From: Ranitomeya imitator
Taxonomy: Eukaryota
Length of the DNA: 64,000 bases
Assembly: GCF_032444005.1 (NCBI RefSeq)
Contig: NC_091282.1
Coordinates: 554,404,001 to 554,468,000 of the forward strand
Reading direction: 5' to 3'
A program made the position numbers and the translations under genes. Shown here piece after piece: positions 48,284 through 62,306 of this stretch. Every line of letters begins with the position of its first letter. The stretch's first letter is position 1. The notes beneath the pieces are model-generated. The model did not search any database. It was not told the DNA's origin and saw only the letters and a program-made list of their open reading frames with translations.

Positions 48284-50646
48284 ATATTAAAACAATAACA
48301 TTTCTCTTATATTAAACAATAGACACACAACGGATTAATGTTTCATATATTATCCCTTCCTTTGCCCTAACAGCTATTTTGATTTCTAGTTTTCTGGTAT
48401 AATGGGGGTACTGTGGATAGGATGAGAGGGAGCATTTGACAAACTTGGCATGTGATGCTATAGATCATCGTGCAAGGGCATTTCTCAACCAAAGACATAA
48501 ACGTGCAGTGATGCATAATAGCCTGTGTAGCACTTCCAGAGAGAGGCACGATTTGCACATGGCTTACAAATGTCAATAACTAAAAAAAAACAAAAAGCTA
48601 GAGTTTGGTAAGAGGAACGCATGGGCTGAAGTAGCAGAAGGCTGCTGACAGATGACTATGCTGCCTGCAAAGAAGTTACCCAAGTATACATTTTCTGCAT
48701 GTCCCCATGAGTTTGCTTGAATGCGTCGCCTATCAAGTACATGTGAATTTGACATAATTATGAAGGCTGATAGGAGATCTCTACTTGAACTGTTAGTGCT
48801 AAGTTTATATTCTTCATATGTCAGCCTAATATAGTGATATGTTCTAATAGGTGCACGTAATAAAGTGCCTGAGTCTCTACGCTTCACTGATACACACAAT
48901 ATGCACAGCATGATAAATCCAGCCATATGTCAACATGCGCTAGTAGAATTAAATCTAGAATATATGAAATAAGTGCTTTGTTATTGCATTTGATTCAAAT
49001 GCAAGACAAGGTCATATTCAGAAGGGATGTGCATATCATATTAAGGCTGTTTTACTACCCATAACAAGAACTCGTTCTACCTGAAAGTAGAGAGAAGATG
49101 GACTGTAGATTAAAACAAAATACCCACAAATAGTCATCTGTAGGTGTGAGGTTTGCATGTAACTTCTAAGCAAATATCTCTTGACCACAGCAATAAAACC
49201 ACAAGAGGAATATAGGGGTACATAGAAGGGTACCAGTTAACTGTTCGTTGAACAGTTAACACTTAAAAATCTGCATCATTTTTTTTCACAGCTTTTAAAC
49301 AAGAGCTAAGAAGAGACATTAAAAGTCCAGCAACCAAAACCACCCAAAAACAACTCTGGGTTTGAGCAATAATAAACATTGAAGCAGACGTGTTACAGCT
49401 GAATCACTGGTATGTATCTCACATGGACACAGCATGTTTTCATGCTTCATTTTGTGCACACATTTATTACCTGCTGTATTTAGGGATGGCGTACCCACAA
49501 TACTAATGATGACAATGTAAAGTAAATTTGCACAGTAAGTTAGTTAGAAAAACATCTAAGTTGTGTGTCAGATCACATTTGATAGTTTATTGGCTGGCAG
49601 CTTTCAGCAGCTGGACACCAACTTCTTACATGTTAAACCAACACATCCCATCCGATAGTAGTGGTGGCAATGCTTGTAATGGAATCCTGGGCGTATAACT
49701 TAAATATGTCCTTATTTATTATAGGGCAAGAGCATAATAAACTTTGTTTGGTCCCACAGAGAAGAAGCCAGTATTAAAATGTACAGGCAACATTTTAAAG
49801 AATTAAAAAAAATATTAATTTAATAATACTCTTAAAAGGTAGTGTCACGCCAATACCTTGTACCATGGCTTTTAAAGACAATTCTGCATCTATATCATCC
49901 ATTTCCATGGAGTGATGCTATATGGGATTGTGGAATCCTAAGAAAACACATGGATTATTGCAGATCAAGAGATTATGTCATGTTTTAACATCCTAAAACC
50001 ACAGTGAAACAAAGCACCCAGATAACATACAGAACATAGAGTAATGAGATAGTCCATAGGGCCAACATATTATAGTTATACCTTAGAGGAAAAATAAAGA
50101 ATATGTTACGCTTCTAAACCTTGCACCGATGCAGTTCTTTTCCTTTTGATTCTCATTGTTCCAATTTCTTGGCATAAAAGCTGCCACTATCACTGAACTC
50201 CTGAAATAGCTGCCCTTATGCCCTAAAGATTCCTAATGCAATCCAAATTAATATTGGACCACTAAAATATAATATTCAGCTTCCATGTATGGTATTATGG
50301 ATCTGTTGCAGGACATATGTTAAATGGAAAATTTAGCAAAAAAAATGTAACAAATACATACTTTCACATACATCACAAATAAAATAAACAGACATAAATT
50401 GAGATGGATAAACAGTTTCCCAAGTGGAGATATTTCCAGAGGAATATTTCCATTAACAAACGGTGGATGAGTGATGTCACTGCTTCCCAGTGAATAGCTA
50501 GCTTACAAATTAATGATGTCGATAAAGATGGTGGATTCAGCATTCAACTCCCTCTCTTGTTTTTTGTTTTCTGAGAGTAAAGTTGTCATATAGTTGGCAT
50601 ACTGTCACATTTACACAGGAAGTATGGGTGCAGAAGGGTGTAGTTC

Positions 50647-50793
50647 TCAAGAGCTGGGCATTTCTGCTTTGCTGAGAGCAATAGCTAACTCCAGATCCTC
50701 TTGTTCCTGACGCTTTAATCGGTCTAGTCTCTCCTTCTCTGCCCGTTGGCTTTCTCGTTTGGCCCATGCTAGTTGCTGCTCCTCGTTCCCAAA
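50647..50793 (-). CDS. EPS15L1: EPS15-like 1, last coding exon (two UIMs)
   Basis: CAG acceptor, then FGNEEQQLAWAKRESQRAEKERLDRLKRQEQEDLELAIALSKAEMPSS*, matching the EPS15L1 long-isoform C-terminus; neighbour of KLF2. Confidence 0.95.
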   Translation of the reverse strand, partial: FGNEEQQLAWAKRESQRAEKERLDRLKRQEQEDLELAIALSKAEMPSS

Positions 50794-52474
50794 CTGTGGG
50801 ATATGAAAATGAAAAAAATAAATAAATAAAAAATCAGCCATTCTGCCCTTCAACTCCTGAGCATTTTACACAATAATAATAATCAGCCGGAAAGCCTATT
50901 CTCCATCCTCTTAAAATTGAGACTATTTGTCACCATATCAGTCTCATGTACAGAATTTGATATACTGCAATTTAAAGGATGATAAGCACACAAACACAAC
51001 ATAAGGGCAACCTACACACATGATTAAAATATAAAAACTAATAAAACTATCAGGCCCTTTCATCAATCAAGTACTATTTGATTATAAACTTCATGGTATG
51101 ACTGACAGAATGGTCTAGAACCATGGGCAGACATACCATTGGTGCAACCTATGCAGGGGCTCAAGAGGTAAGAGGGCCTAGTTCTACCTCCAAGGAGGTT
51201 CTGTCAAAGACACAACTACTGGACTGCAAAGGGCCCATATATTGTTCTTGCACAGAGGCCCTTTTGGGTCTGTGTCCTTCCCAACAGAAAGGATTTGAAT
51301 ACAGGGAAGCAATTACAGTTACGGCTATTCCTGGATATTCAGTACTCAGTTTCAGATTCTAGCAAAAATAAAAGTGTGAGAGATGACTGCCCTTATATGC
51401 GTCACATTTCCCAAACTTATACTGGAATTAATGTCTTGACCAAAAACTTCTCAGAGGGGTTAAATATATTTCAGCAAAGAAAAGACACCAGAATGAGAAA
51501 ATGCTGCACACTGCACAAATAGGTACGGTAGATGTTTGATTTGTAACATGTTCCCAGCTTAGTACAGATGGGTGGCAGATCATTTTTAAAATCCCCAAAA
51601 TATTGGAAGTGGACAAAAGCATACACACCCTATATTATATTAGACCTAACGGAGAAAACTTTAGAGGCATTCCTTTAGAATGATACAGAATTGTGTACTT
51701 TATTGTGAAGGCAATCCACTTGTAATCATATGACATTTCGGTCTTATAATGGACATTCACCTAGTGTAGAATGGAAGGAAAGAAATGATGTAAAGCAGTA
51801 CTCGGGGAAACTGCAAATTTTCAATTTTGTGAAATCCGTTTCTGATAAAGATCTGATATTAGGAGCGAAATGTTATATGAATACACATGGATTGCTTCAC
51901 AATAAAACAGAGAAATTTGCATCAAACTAAAAGAGTGCCAAGTTCTCTATATTACTCTATTTTGGGATTGAACACTATTTGAGCACCCACATCACAGGAG
52001 TGCCGCGCATCTCTTACCTACACGATTAGACCTGTCATGAGGCTACCTGTGACTGGTTGATCCATATCATTACCTAGGGAAACTGATAGGTGTATATAGA
52101 ATAAAGTACCCTTTAAACTGCTCATCTCAAATCTTGTAATGCCCTTATTCACAACACATACATTGTAGTTCTATGTTTAGGTTTTAGTAACCAGTGCTTA
52201 GAGTAATTTTAAGGACAACAGCTATACATAATTCAGCAAGTTTTACCTTACGTAGTTGTCCCTTTTTATCTGAAAATTTATAGTATACTTCTCTTCATTT
52301 AGGTCATGCAACCAAATGGCGATAGCCCTGGGAAATTACATGCCTTCATGATCTCTTTATGGGGGTCACCATTTCAGTTACCAGAAGTGCTTACATGATG
52401 AAACTGAATGGAATGTACCACACACTTTCTCCATAGGGAGGGAGAGAAACAAATATCACAGCTAATGATGAATA

Positions 52475-54042
52475 CAGTGGGTACGGAAAGTATTCATACC
52501 CCTTTAAAATTTTCATTGCAGCCATTTGGTTAATTCAAAAAAGTTATTTTTTTTCTCATTAATTTACACTCTGCACCCCATTCTTGACTGAAAAAAACAG
52601 AAATATAGTAATTTTTGCAAATTTATTAAACAAAAAAACTGAAATATCACATGGTCATAAGTATTCAGACCCTTTGCTCGGTATTGAGTAGAAGCACCCG
52701 TTTGAGCTAGTACAGCCATGAGTCTTCTTGGGAATGATGCAACAAGTTTTTCACACCTGGATTTATGGATCCTCTGCCATTCTTCCTTGCAGATCCTCTC
52801 CAGTTCCGTCAGGTTGGATGGTGAACGTTGGTGGACAGCCATTTTCAGGTCTCTCCAGAGATGCTCAATTGGGTTTAGGTCAGGGCTCTGGCTGGGCTAG
52901 TCAAGAATGGTCACAGAGTTGTTCTGAAGCCACTCTTTTGTTTTGTTAGCTGTGTGCTTAGGGTCATTGTATTGTTGGAAGGCGAACCTTCGGCCAAGTC
53001 TGAGGTCCAGAGCACTCTGGAAGAGGTTTTCATCCAAGATATCGCTGTACTTGGCCGCATTCATGTTTCCTTCAATGACAACCAGTCATCCTGTCCCTGT
53101 AGCTGACAACCACCCCAAGAGCATGATGCTGCCACCATCATGTTTCACTATTGGGATTGTATTGGGCAGGTGATGTGAGCAATGCCTGGTTTTCTCCACA
53201 CTTACCGCTTAGAATTATCACCAAAAAAGGTCTATCTTCGTCTCATCAGACCAGAGAATCTTATTTCTCATAGTCGGAGTCCTTCATATGTTTTTTTTAG
53301 CAAACTCTCTGCAGGCTTTCATGTGCCTTGCACTGAGGAGAAGCTTCCGTTGGGCCACTCTACCATAAAGGCCCGACAGGTGGAGGGCTGCAGTGATAGT
53401 TGACTTTGTGGAACTTTCTCCCATCTCTCTACTGCATCTCTGGAGCTCAGCCACAGTGACCTTGGGGTTCTTCTTTACCTCTCTCACCAAGGCTCTTCTC
53501 CCATGACTGCTCAGTTTAGCTGGATGGCCAGGTATAGGAAGATCCATTTAAGGATTATGGAGGACACTGTGCTCTTAGAAACCTTGAGTACTGAAGAAAT
53601 TTTGCTGTAACCTTGGCCAGATCTGCCTTGCCACAATTCTGTCTCTGAGGACCTTTGACCTCATGATTCTCATTTGGTCTGACATGCACTGTGAGCTGTG
53701 AGGTTTTATATAGACAGGTTTGTGCCTTTGAAAATCAAGTCCTATCAGTTTAATTAAACACAGCTGGACTCCAATGAAGGAGTAGAACCATCTCAAGGAG
53801 GATCACAAGGAAATGGACAGCATGTGACTTAAAGATGAGTGTTTTGAGCAAAGGGTCTGAATACTTATGACCATGTGATATTTCAGTTTTTCTTTTTATT
53901 AAATTTGCAAAAATGTCTAAATTTCTGTTTTTTTTCACTCAAGAGGGTAGTGTGAAAAAAAAGTTTTTGAATTTACCAAATGGCTGCAATGAAACACAGA
54001 GGGAAAATTTTAAAGGGGTCTGAATACTTTCCGTAACCACTG
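52475..54042 (-). mobile_element. Near full-length degenerate Tc1-like transposon
   Basis: TA TSDs, cagtgggtacggaaagtattca TIRs with long inverted ends. Transposase fragments GHPAKLS..LVREVKKNPKVTVAEL and PSNLTELERICKEEW are broken by stops and frameshifts. Confidence 0.9.
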
Positions 54043-56089
54043 TATTACGCAGCTAGTGTTGCACAGTTATAATGCAAAGGATCACAGTTCTCACTCCTCC
54101 TCATATACTGATAATCAATTAGTTTATTTAGGAGAATATAAAGGGAGGATAAACACACAGTTACCACAGCAGTTAGACATGTTACTCGCTCTAGCTGCCC
54201 ATGAGATGCTGTGCTGATGCATCAGCGACTGATAGTAGAGCATAGAGGAGAAGGAAGAAAAGTAAAATTCAATATTGAGTCTGAAGAAAAGAAAACAAAG
54301 ATTTGAAATGCAGGAAGTAAGTACATTATATATAGGAGAAATGTAGATCGAGATAGGCAAGCAGGAGGGGCAGAGAAGCAAAAAAAATTGGAGTTGAATA
54401 GGTTTTTGAAGTCATGAAAATGAACACTCTCTTTGACCGCATTATCTAGAGTACATTGAAAAGTAGAAATCTACTTTTCCAACATCCTGGAGAAAGAATA
54501 TGGGTGAGACTTTCATGTTAAAGTGCATCAATATGGCAGGCTGATCCTGCATTCAAGATTGTTATCGCTTCGACAGGACAACTAGTTCATGTATAAACCG
54601 GTAGTCCCATTTTCACTATTTCATTTTTTAAACGGCACTGGCAAAGTGAGCAGACACTGATTGATACTGTAGCTATATTCAATACCTATCATGAACTGTA
54701 ATACAATTTGCTAATACAGCATCTCAAGTAAGGAATGTGATGAAATCCAAATATCTGAGGTTTTGTAGCTTGCATTTGTCTTGTCACCTGCCTTTCTCCT
54801 TTCTAAAGGAAGACAAAATTTCAATTGTCTTCAGAGGAAGAAAAGGAAATTGGGTTCATGGTAGGAAACTGGGATCTTGAAGGAAGCAGCTGCAAATACA
54901 CAGAGCAAAGGATAATGAATATTTTGGAATGTCTGAGACTTAACTGCTTACTTTCAGCCAAAGATCATTTCAATGCTTTACTATTAAAGCAGTTTCCTAG
55001 AAATAAAAACATAGTTATTCCTATCAGCTTAAGATGGGCAAAAATAATAAACTCAGTTGTTTTTCCCCTTTCTTTGCTCCAATGATTCCTCTCTAACAGT
55101 CCTCTGGCCATTTTTTAAATGCTGCAGTGATGTCTTAATGACTATAATGTAGATCAATGCTGCTGCCACCCAGTGGTTTCAGCAGCTTGTGCCATCCCTA
55201 TATCAGCATCACCACTGAGCTCAGTGATTGGCTGTAGTGGTCACATGTGCAGGAGCTGTGATGTCACCGCTGCAGTCTGTTAATAAAGACTTGAGCACTA
55301 GAAGAGACGTTGCTGGATCTGGGTAGGTGGAATAACAGCAGAGTTTATTATTTTCACCCATCTGCAGCCAGTAAGAATAATAAAAATAAATGACTGCAAG
55401 AAAACCACTTTAAAGAGTGATAATTACTGTACTGTCTTCTCAGTTGTGAAATCTGTGTACTGTTTTAATGAACAAGAAACAAAAGCATGACGTGCCCAAA
55501 CATCAAGTCAGAACAAATCAATTTCTTACCTTGCATGTCTTTCGGCTTTCAGGAGTGATGCAAAACACCATATGTGCTATGGAAAATTTGTCCCTGTTAT
55601 GTTGTACATTTGGGGCAAATTTATAGCTAACGCAATTGTAAAGTGCTATGTAAATATAGATTATCAGGACTGTTCAGCTCTTCACATCAGTGTGCATTCG
55701 ATTCCACATGCCATCATTTGAAAGAAAAGTAGGGTCAACATTAAGATGTCTGCTGGCTGAATTGTGCTACACCGCAGAGGATACTAAGAGCATTTGGCCT
55801 TAAATTGGCCATACATGCTTAAATGTTCTACTTACAGTTTCTGACAGGTCTCTATATCGTATGAAAAATATGTGAAAGTGCAATTATTGTTTAAACACCC
55901 TCTTTCTAAAATACCAACCAGGGAGCTGAAAAAAAGGAATTCTGGTTCAGTGGACCACATATTTAGCGCTTCAGGAGTGGATTAATGTGAAATACCACGT
56001 GATCAGGAACCTATTTCTTTTCATCCCCATTTGGGACTTTTAGGGCATGTTTCACGAGTCTAATTGTTCCCATCAATATAATTAAAGTA

Positions 56090-57566
56090 CCGTATATTCT
56101 CGAGTACAAGCCGAGAATTTCACCCCATTTTTTTAGGCAGAAATTGCCCCTCTCGGCTTATACTCGAGTCACTCACAGAGTCGGCAGGGGAGGGGAAGCG
56201 GCAGCTGTCTAATCATACTCACCTGCTTCTGGCGTGGTCTCTGCAGGTCCCTGGTTCTCTGGGCGCTGACAGCTTCTTCCTCTATTGAGCGGTCACATGG
56301 TACCGCTAATTACAGTAATGTATATGGACCCCACTCCACTCCCATAGGGGTGGAGCCGCATATTCATTACTGTAATGAGCGGTACCATGTTACCGCTCAA
56401 TAGAGGAAGAAGCTGTCAGCGCCCGGGGAACCAGGGACGTGTCGTGCAGGGACCACGCCAGGAGCAGGTGAGTATGATGGGGGCATATTCACCTGTCCCA
56501 CCGTCGGCACTGCTCCATCTTCCGCGTCCTCTGCGGTGACGCTCAGGTCAGAGGGCGCGATGACGCGATTAGTGTGCGTGCCACCCTCTGCCTGAACAGT
56601 CAGTGCAGAGGATGGGGAAGACACAGCGGCGCTTAGCGGTGGAATGGAAAAGGTGAGAATAGCAAGTGCCGGGGGCCTGAGCGATGAGGTGAGTATGTGA
56701 CTTTTTTTATCGCAGCAACAGCATATGGAACAAATATCTCTATGGAGCATCTTATGGGGCCATGTGCAGCGTTATATGGGGCAAATATCTCTATGGAGCG
56801 TCTTATGGGGCCATGTGCAGCATTATGTGGGGCAAATATTTCTGTGGAGCATCTTATGGGGCCATGTGCAGCATTATATGGGGCAATTATTTCTACAGAG
56901 CATCTTATGAGGCCATGTGCAGCATTATATGGGACAAATATCTCTATGGAGCATCTTATGGGGCAAATATTTCTATGGATCATCTTATGGGGCCATGTGC
57001 AGCATTATATGGGGGCAAATATCTCTATGGAACATCTTATGGGGCCATGTGCAGCATTATATGGGGCAATTATTTCTACAGAGCATCTTATGAGGCCATG
57101 TGCAGCATTATATGGGGCAAATATCTTTATGGAGCATCTTATGGGGCCATAATCAGCATTTGTGCAGCATTATATGGGGCAAATGTCTCTATGAAGCATC
57201 TTATGGGGCCATAATCAACATTTGTACAGCATTATATGGGGCATATTTTAATATAGAGCATCTTATGGGGCCCTTCATAAACTGTATGGAGCATTATAAG
57301 GGACGTATTTTGTATGGAGCATTATATGGGGCCCATCATGAACTGTATGGAGCATTATACGGGGCTCCTGATTCAATATGGATATTCAAAAACACTTAAC
57401 CTACTGAAGTCTCAATTAATTTTACTTTTATTGGTCCCTTTTTTTATTTTTGACATTTACCGGTAGTTGCTGCATTTTCCACCCTAGGCTTATACTCGAG
57501 TCATTAAGTTTTCCCAGTTTTTTGTGGCAAAATTAGGGGTCTCGGCTTATACTCGAGTATATACGG
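56090..57566 (-). mobile_element. Tc2/mariner-like MITE (same family as 43014-44892) with a ~51-bp tandem array
   Basis: TIR ccgtatattctcgagtacaagccga / tcggcttatactcgagtatatacgg with TA TSDs; array at ~56720-57365. Confidence 0.8.
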
Positions 57567-58486
57567 TATTACAAACAAGTTCTTAGTTAAAGAGGTCTAT
57601 CATAATGACCGGTCAAGTAAGTCTTAATCCAAACACATCACAGCATTTAGTAAGATGGAAAATGAGTCACATTTGCATCTCTCATGCTGTAATATGTACT
57701 ACCTTACTTTTCACCATATCTAAATATCGAGACTTTGGTTTTTCTCTTCCTTTTTAACCAATTAAATTTATATTAAACAGTTTTCTATCTGGAGTCTCTC
57801 TTATGCTACACGTAACAGTAGAAACATTAAGGCGACCCACAGAGGAATACACAAAGGGAGGGGAATGCTGAAGACTTTATCCATTTATTGAAAAAAAAAC
57901 ACACAAATTCTTATTGTATACATAAGTACAACATAGCAAAGCAGACATGCAAGAAACAGTGAGTCTGAGCAGCAAAAGATGCAAATTGCAAGGTGGTTAA
58001 AACTGCAACCCAGAAAAGAAATAGTATGATTTAGCATCTGGAAAATAGTGGTCTGGACCCCCATTCACTTCTTAATTCCTGCCCAGTCTAGAAGTATAAT
58101 TATTGCGGAGTTTCCCACCAGGATTGGCATGGCTTTTCTTAATACATATTATTAAAAGGGTAAATGCATTGCTAGAACAGGAACAGACAAGTACATTAAA
58201 CTAAAACATTCTGAGTCATATGAACTCCATTTTCCAAACAAAATAATCATATTTACGCTTATGCACTAAAAATTCTTTATTCCAGTATAAATTAAATGGG
58301 ACCTGACCAGTGTAAGATTATCCAGTATTACTTACGGGCAAGCAGACATCAGATAGAAATGAAAAACAATCTATGGCTAGAGATTTATAAAGAAATTAAA
58401 GAATCATTATAAATGCACGAGCGCTGCTCAATCTCACAGCGCCAGTCATTCAGGTCTAAAGACTGCTGTATTTTACTATGACATAC

Positions 58487-58688
58487 NNNNNNNNNNNNNN
58501 NNNNNNNNNNNNNNNNNNNNNNNNNNNNNNNNNNNNNNNNNNNNNNNNNNNNNNNNNNNNNNNNNNNNNNNNNNNNNNNNNNNNNNNNNNNNNNNNNNNN
58601 NNNNNNNNNNNNNNNNNNNNNNNNNNNNNNNNNNNNNNNNNNNNNNNNNNNNNNNNNNNNNNNNNNNNNNNNNNNNNNNNNNNNNNNN
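58487..58688. other. Assembly gap (~200 N)
   Basis: Run of N. Confidence 0.99.
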
Positions 58689-60195
58689 ACCCTTGGCTTG
58701 TTTTTACCTATTTTGCTACAACAACCTGTGTTTCAATATTTTTGTAATCCTATTTGTGTGTGATACATCAACACTAAATAGTATAAGTTACTGAAGTGAG
58801 AAAAATATAGGCATAAACTAACTTTATGGGATCAATAAAACTAAAAATTGGCATGTGCATATGTATTCACCCCTTTTGCTATGAAGCCCCTAAAAAGTTC
58901 TAGTGGAAGCAATTACCTGCATAAGTCACGTGCTTAGTGAAAGGAAGTCCACCTGTATGGAATCCAAGTGTCACATGGTCTGTCAGTATATAAACACCTT
59001 TACTGAAAGACCATACTGGTTGCAACACCATTAAGCAAGAGGCACCACTAACCAAACAACACTATGAAGACCAAGGAGATATCCAAACAAGTCAGGGCCA
59101 AAATTGTTGAGAAGTACAAGTCAGGGTTGGGTTATAAAAAAATATCCCAATCTCTAATGATCCCCAGAGCACCATCAAATCCATTATCATCAAATGGAAA
59201 GAACATGGGACCACAACAAACCTGCCAAGAGAGAACTGCCCACCCAAACTTTCAGCCTGGGCAAGGAAAGCATTAATAAGGGAGAGGCAGCACAGAGACC
59301 TAAGGTAACCCTGAAGAGGCTGCAGAGTTTCCAAGAAGAGACTGGAGTATCTGTTCAAATTATCACAATAATCCGTACACTCCATGGAGTTGGCCTTTAT
59401 GGAAGAGTGGGCAGAAAAAGGCATTTACCTACACACAACATTTGTAAGGATTATTTGAGTTTTCCAAAAGAAATCTGGGAGACTCCCTAAATGTATGGAG
59501 AAAGACGTTGTGGTCAGATGAACTTTTTGGACACCAAGGTAAACACTATGTCTGGCTCCAAACGAACACAGCTTATCATTCCAAGAACACCATCCCCACA
59601 GTGAAACATGGTGATGGCAGCATTATGATGTGGGGTTGATTTTTGGCAGCAAGGAAAGAAAAAATGGTTTGAGTTGATGGAAAGATGGATAGTACGAAAA
59701 ACAGGTATATTCTTGAGCAAAACCTGTTTCAGTCTGTCAGTGATTTGAGACTGGGAAGGAGGTTCACCTTGCAACAAGACAGTGACCCAAAGCATACTGC
59801 TAAAGCAACACTCGAGTGGTTTAAGGGGAAAGGTGTAAATGTTTTGGAGTGGAAAACCAAAGCCCAGATCTTAATCCAATTGAGAATCTGTGGCCAGACT
59901 TGAAGATAGCTGTTCAGCAGAGGAAATCATCTAACTCAAAGAAGTTGGAACAGTTTTTCCTTGAGGAATTGGCAAAAATCCCAGTGGCAAGATGTGGAAA
60001 GCTCAGAGACTTATCCAAAGCGACTTGCAGATGTAATTACCGCAAAAGGAGGCTCTACAAAGAACTGACTTTAGGGGGTGAATAGTTATGCACACTGAAA
60101 TTTTCAGTTATTTTGTCGTATTTGTTGTGTGCTTCACAATAAAAAGAAAATGTTCAAAAAATGCCAAGGGGTGAGTACTTTTGCATGCTAATGTA
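58689..60195 (+). mobile_element. Degenerate Tc1-like transposon (5' end in the gap)
   Basis: Fragments MKTKEISKQVRAKIVEKYKSGLGYKKIS, FTLQQDSDPKHTAK and SPDLNPIENLW, with multiple frameshifts. Confidence 0.9.
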
Positions 60196-60515
60196 TATGT
60201 GTGTGTGTGTGTGTGTATATGACATTTCTGAAAAACAGAGTTTTGAAATGGCCTATGTCAAAGGATATTTAACATATGGAAAATTTAATGCTTTGTTTTT
60301 TTACTGGAGTAAATTTAATAAACAATTCAAGTTTGTTCCCTAAACATGCAGATGGATGAGATCTGCTTTGCATAGCACATTCATATCTATATCCGTATAC
60401 ACACACACACTCACATACAATATACTGTATACCCATACATAAGCTCTTGCAGACAAAAAAAAAAGGAAAAATAAAAAGGACAGAGGTAGAAAGTACACTT
60501 TCAAGCAAGTTTTAA

Positions 60516-61240
60516 AGAGAACCTGTCACCAGTTTTGTGACGTAGCAGCTAAAAAAGATCACCTTATTCAGCATCTGCGATGCATTCCCTAAATCCTTGT
60601 ATAACTCCAACTTCCTCAGTATAACGCCGAAAAACCTTTTCTATTTCTCCCACGCTGTATGGTAATCTTCTCAGTCTGGTTTGATGGGCGTTGTTTCAGG
60701 CCTCTCTATCCCTCCCATCGACTGTTGCTTGCCGTCCTGCTTTGTGGATGACGCCGCTTATTTCATCCACATCGCTGAGCGACATCTCATGCCTGCTCAG
60801 AAATATTGCGTTTCGCACCTGCACAGTATGCTTTGCCCAACTGCAGACAAAGCTGAAAAACAGAAGTGCCATGCGCTGGCACACACACTTCCGGCTCATG
60901 TACTGGAACTACGTTTGCCAGCGAATGTGCAGTTCTGTATTTTGGCTTTGCCCGCAGTTTGGCAAAGCAAACTGCACAGGCGCAATATGTCGCATGGCAA
61001 TGTGGATCCGTGTCAGGAGGATGGCGAGCAGAAGCCTGGAGAAGGAATGCAGAGGCTCGAAACCACGCCCATCGTACTGGACTGAGAAGATTACCTTACA
61101 GTACAGGAGAAATTAAAAAAGGTTTTCGGGAGTATAAAAGGAGAGTCAGGGGTTCTATAAGGATTTAGGGAATGCATAGCAGACGTTGAATAAGTTGATA
61201 TTTTTAGCTGCTATTTCACAAAACTGGTGACAGGTTCCCT
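60516..61240. mobile_element. T2/Kolobok-type MITE
   Basis: TTAA TSDs; TIR agagaacctgtcaccagtttt / aaaactggtgacaggttccct; palindromic interior. Confidence 0.8.
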
Positions 61241-61863
61241 TTAAGAATATGGTTACCAGAGCATTAAAATGTGACCCTGCTGTCGAATTTCCACTGTCAT
61301 GCGCTGTGTAGATAGCTGTACAATTAGCCAGACGTTACATACCCAGTGTATAGGGAGATATACATACACTCTTAGATAATGTATACAGTACACAGCTAAA
61401 GCAATGATCCACAGACTTTGTACGAGTCCTACATAGGATCATTACTCAATAAGTGAGGATAAAAATCGAGTCCAAATCAGTACTAGCCTGAATTGCTGTT
61501 TTTTTTTTTTTTTTCGATAAGCCTAGTCTATATTAGACCCAATGATGAAAAACACACTAAAAACAATAATGTAAACATAACACTTGTTGATCCAGGGACT
61601 TTACATAAAATGTATTCTTTTTCCAGACCACCAGTAACCTCAATAAAACAGAACACATCAACACAAATACATTAGGTATAAATAAAAGTGGTTTGACAAC
61701 AGGTTGATAATACAGAGCAAGCCGTGTAAGGATTATTGGTTTAGCTCTTTACAGTTGCATCTTTCCCAATACAAAAGAGCGATGAGCAGCATTATACTGG
61801 GCTACAGATTAATTAATGGGAACCAAGGCTTCTTTATACGAGGGGAGAGGAGATTCAACTTAC

Positions 61864-62069
61864 AGAGCCAAAGTTTGCAAACCCGGCAGATGTTCCCTTA
61901 GAATGCTTCCCTGGTTGTGAGGTGGCAAAAGGGTCTTTCCCACTGAATGGGTCCGTAAAAGCCTTTCTGCTTTGAAAAGGATCTCCTGGTTCTGTCCCAA
62001 ATGGCTGAAAGGGATCACTGGACTTCTGAAAATGTGTTGAACTTAGATGAGTGACAGGAGTATTCTTAC
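61864..62069 (-). CDS. EPS15L1: EPS15-like 1, penultimate coding exon (DPF motifs)
   Basis: T-tract plus TAG acceptor at 62070 (phase 1). Encodes GKNTPVTHL..SSDPFQPFGTEPGDPFQSRKAFTDPFSGKDPF..SAGFANFGS. Donor GTAAGT (phase 0) joins in frame to FGNEEQQ. Confidence 0.92.
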
Positions 62070-62306
62070 CTAGAGACATAAAAAAAAAATAAAAATAAAT
62101 AAATACCCTCTTTCAACCGGATTAGATTTGTGGCCAGTCCTGTTATTTATGATTACTTGTATTGAATAGGTTTTCACTTTATATAATATTGCATTGTATA
62201 TCCTTCATTATTATAGAGTTTGGTCTACTTATTTATTGTATTATTTTATTCAAATGGATATTTTGGCCAAAGTGTTTGTGCAATATAATTAATTACCATT
62301 TAAATA

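Noticed and set aside
58478-58747. 89-aa ORF
   Set aside because: It is open only because it spans the N gap.
60681-61168. Cys-rich 134-141 aa ORFs as a captured gene
   Set aside because: They lie in the self-complementary centre of a T2-type MITE, ORFs are open in several frames on both strands, and there is no recognisable domain.
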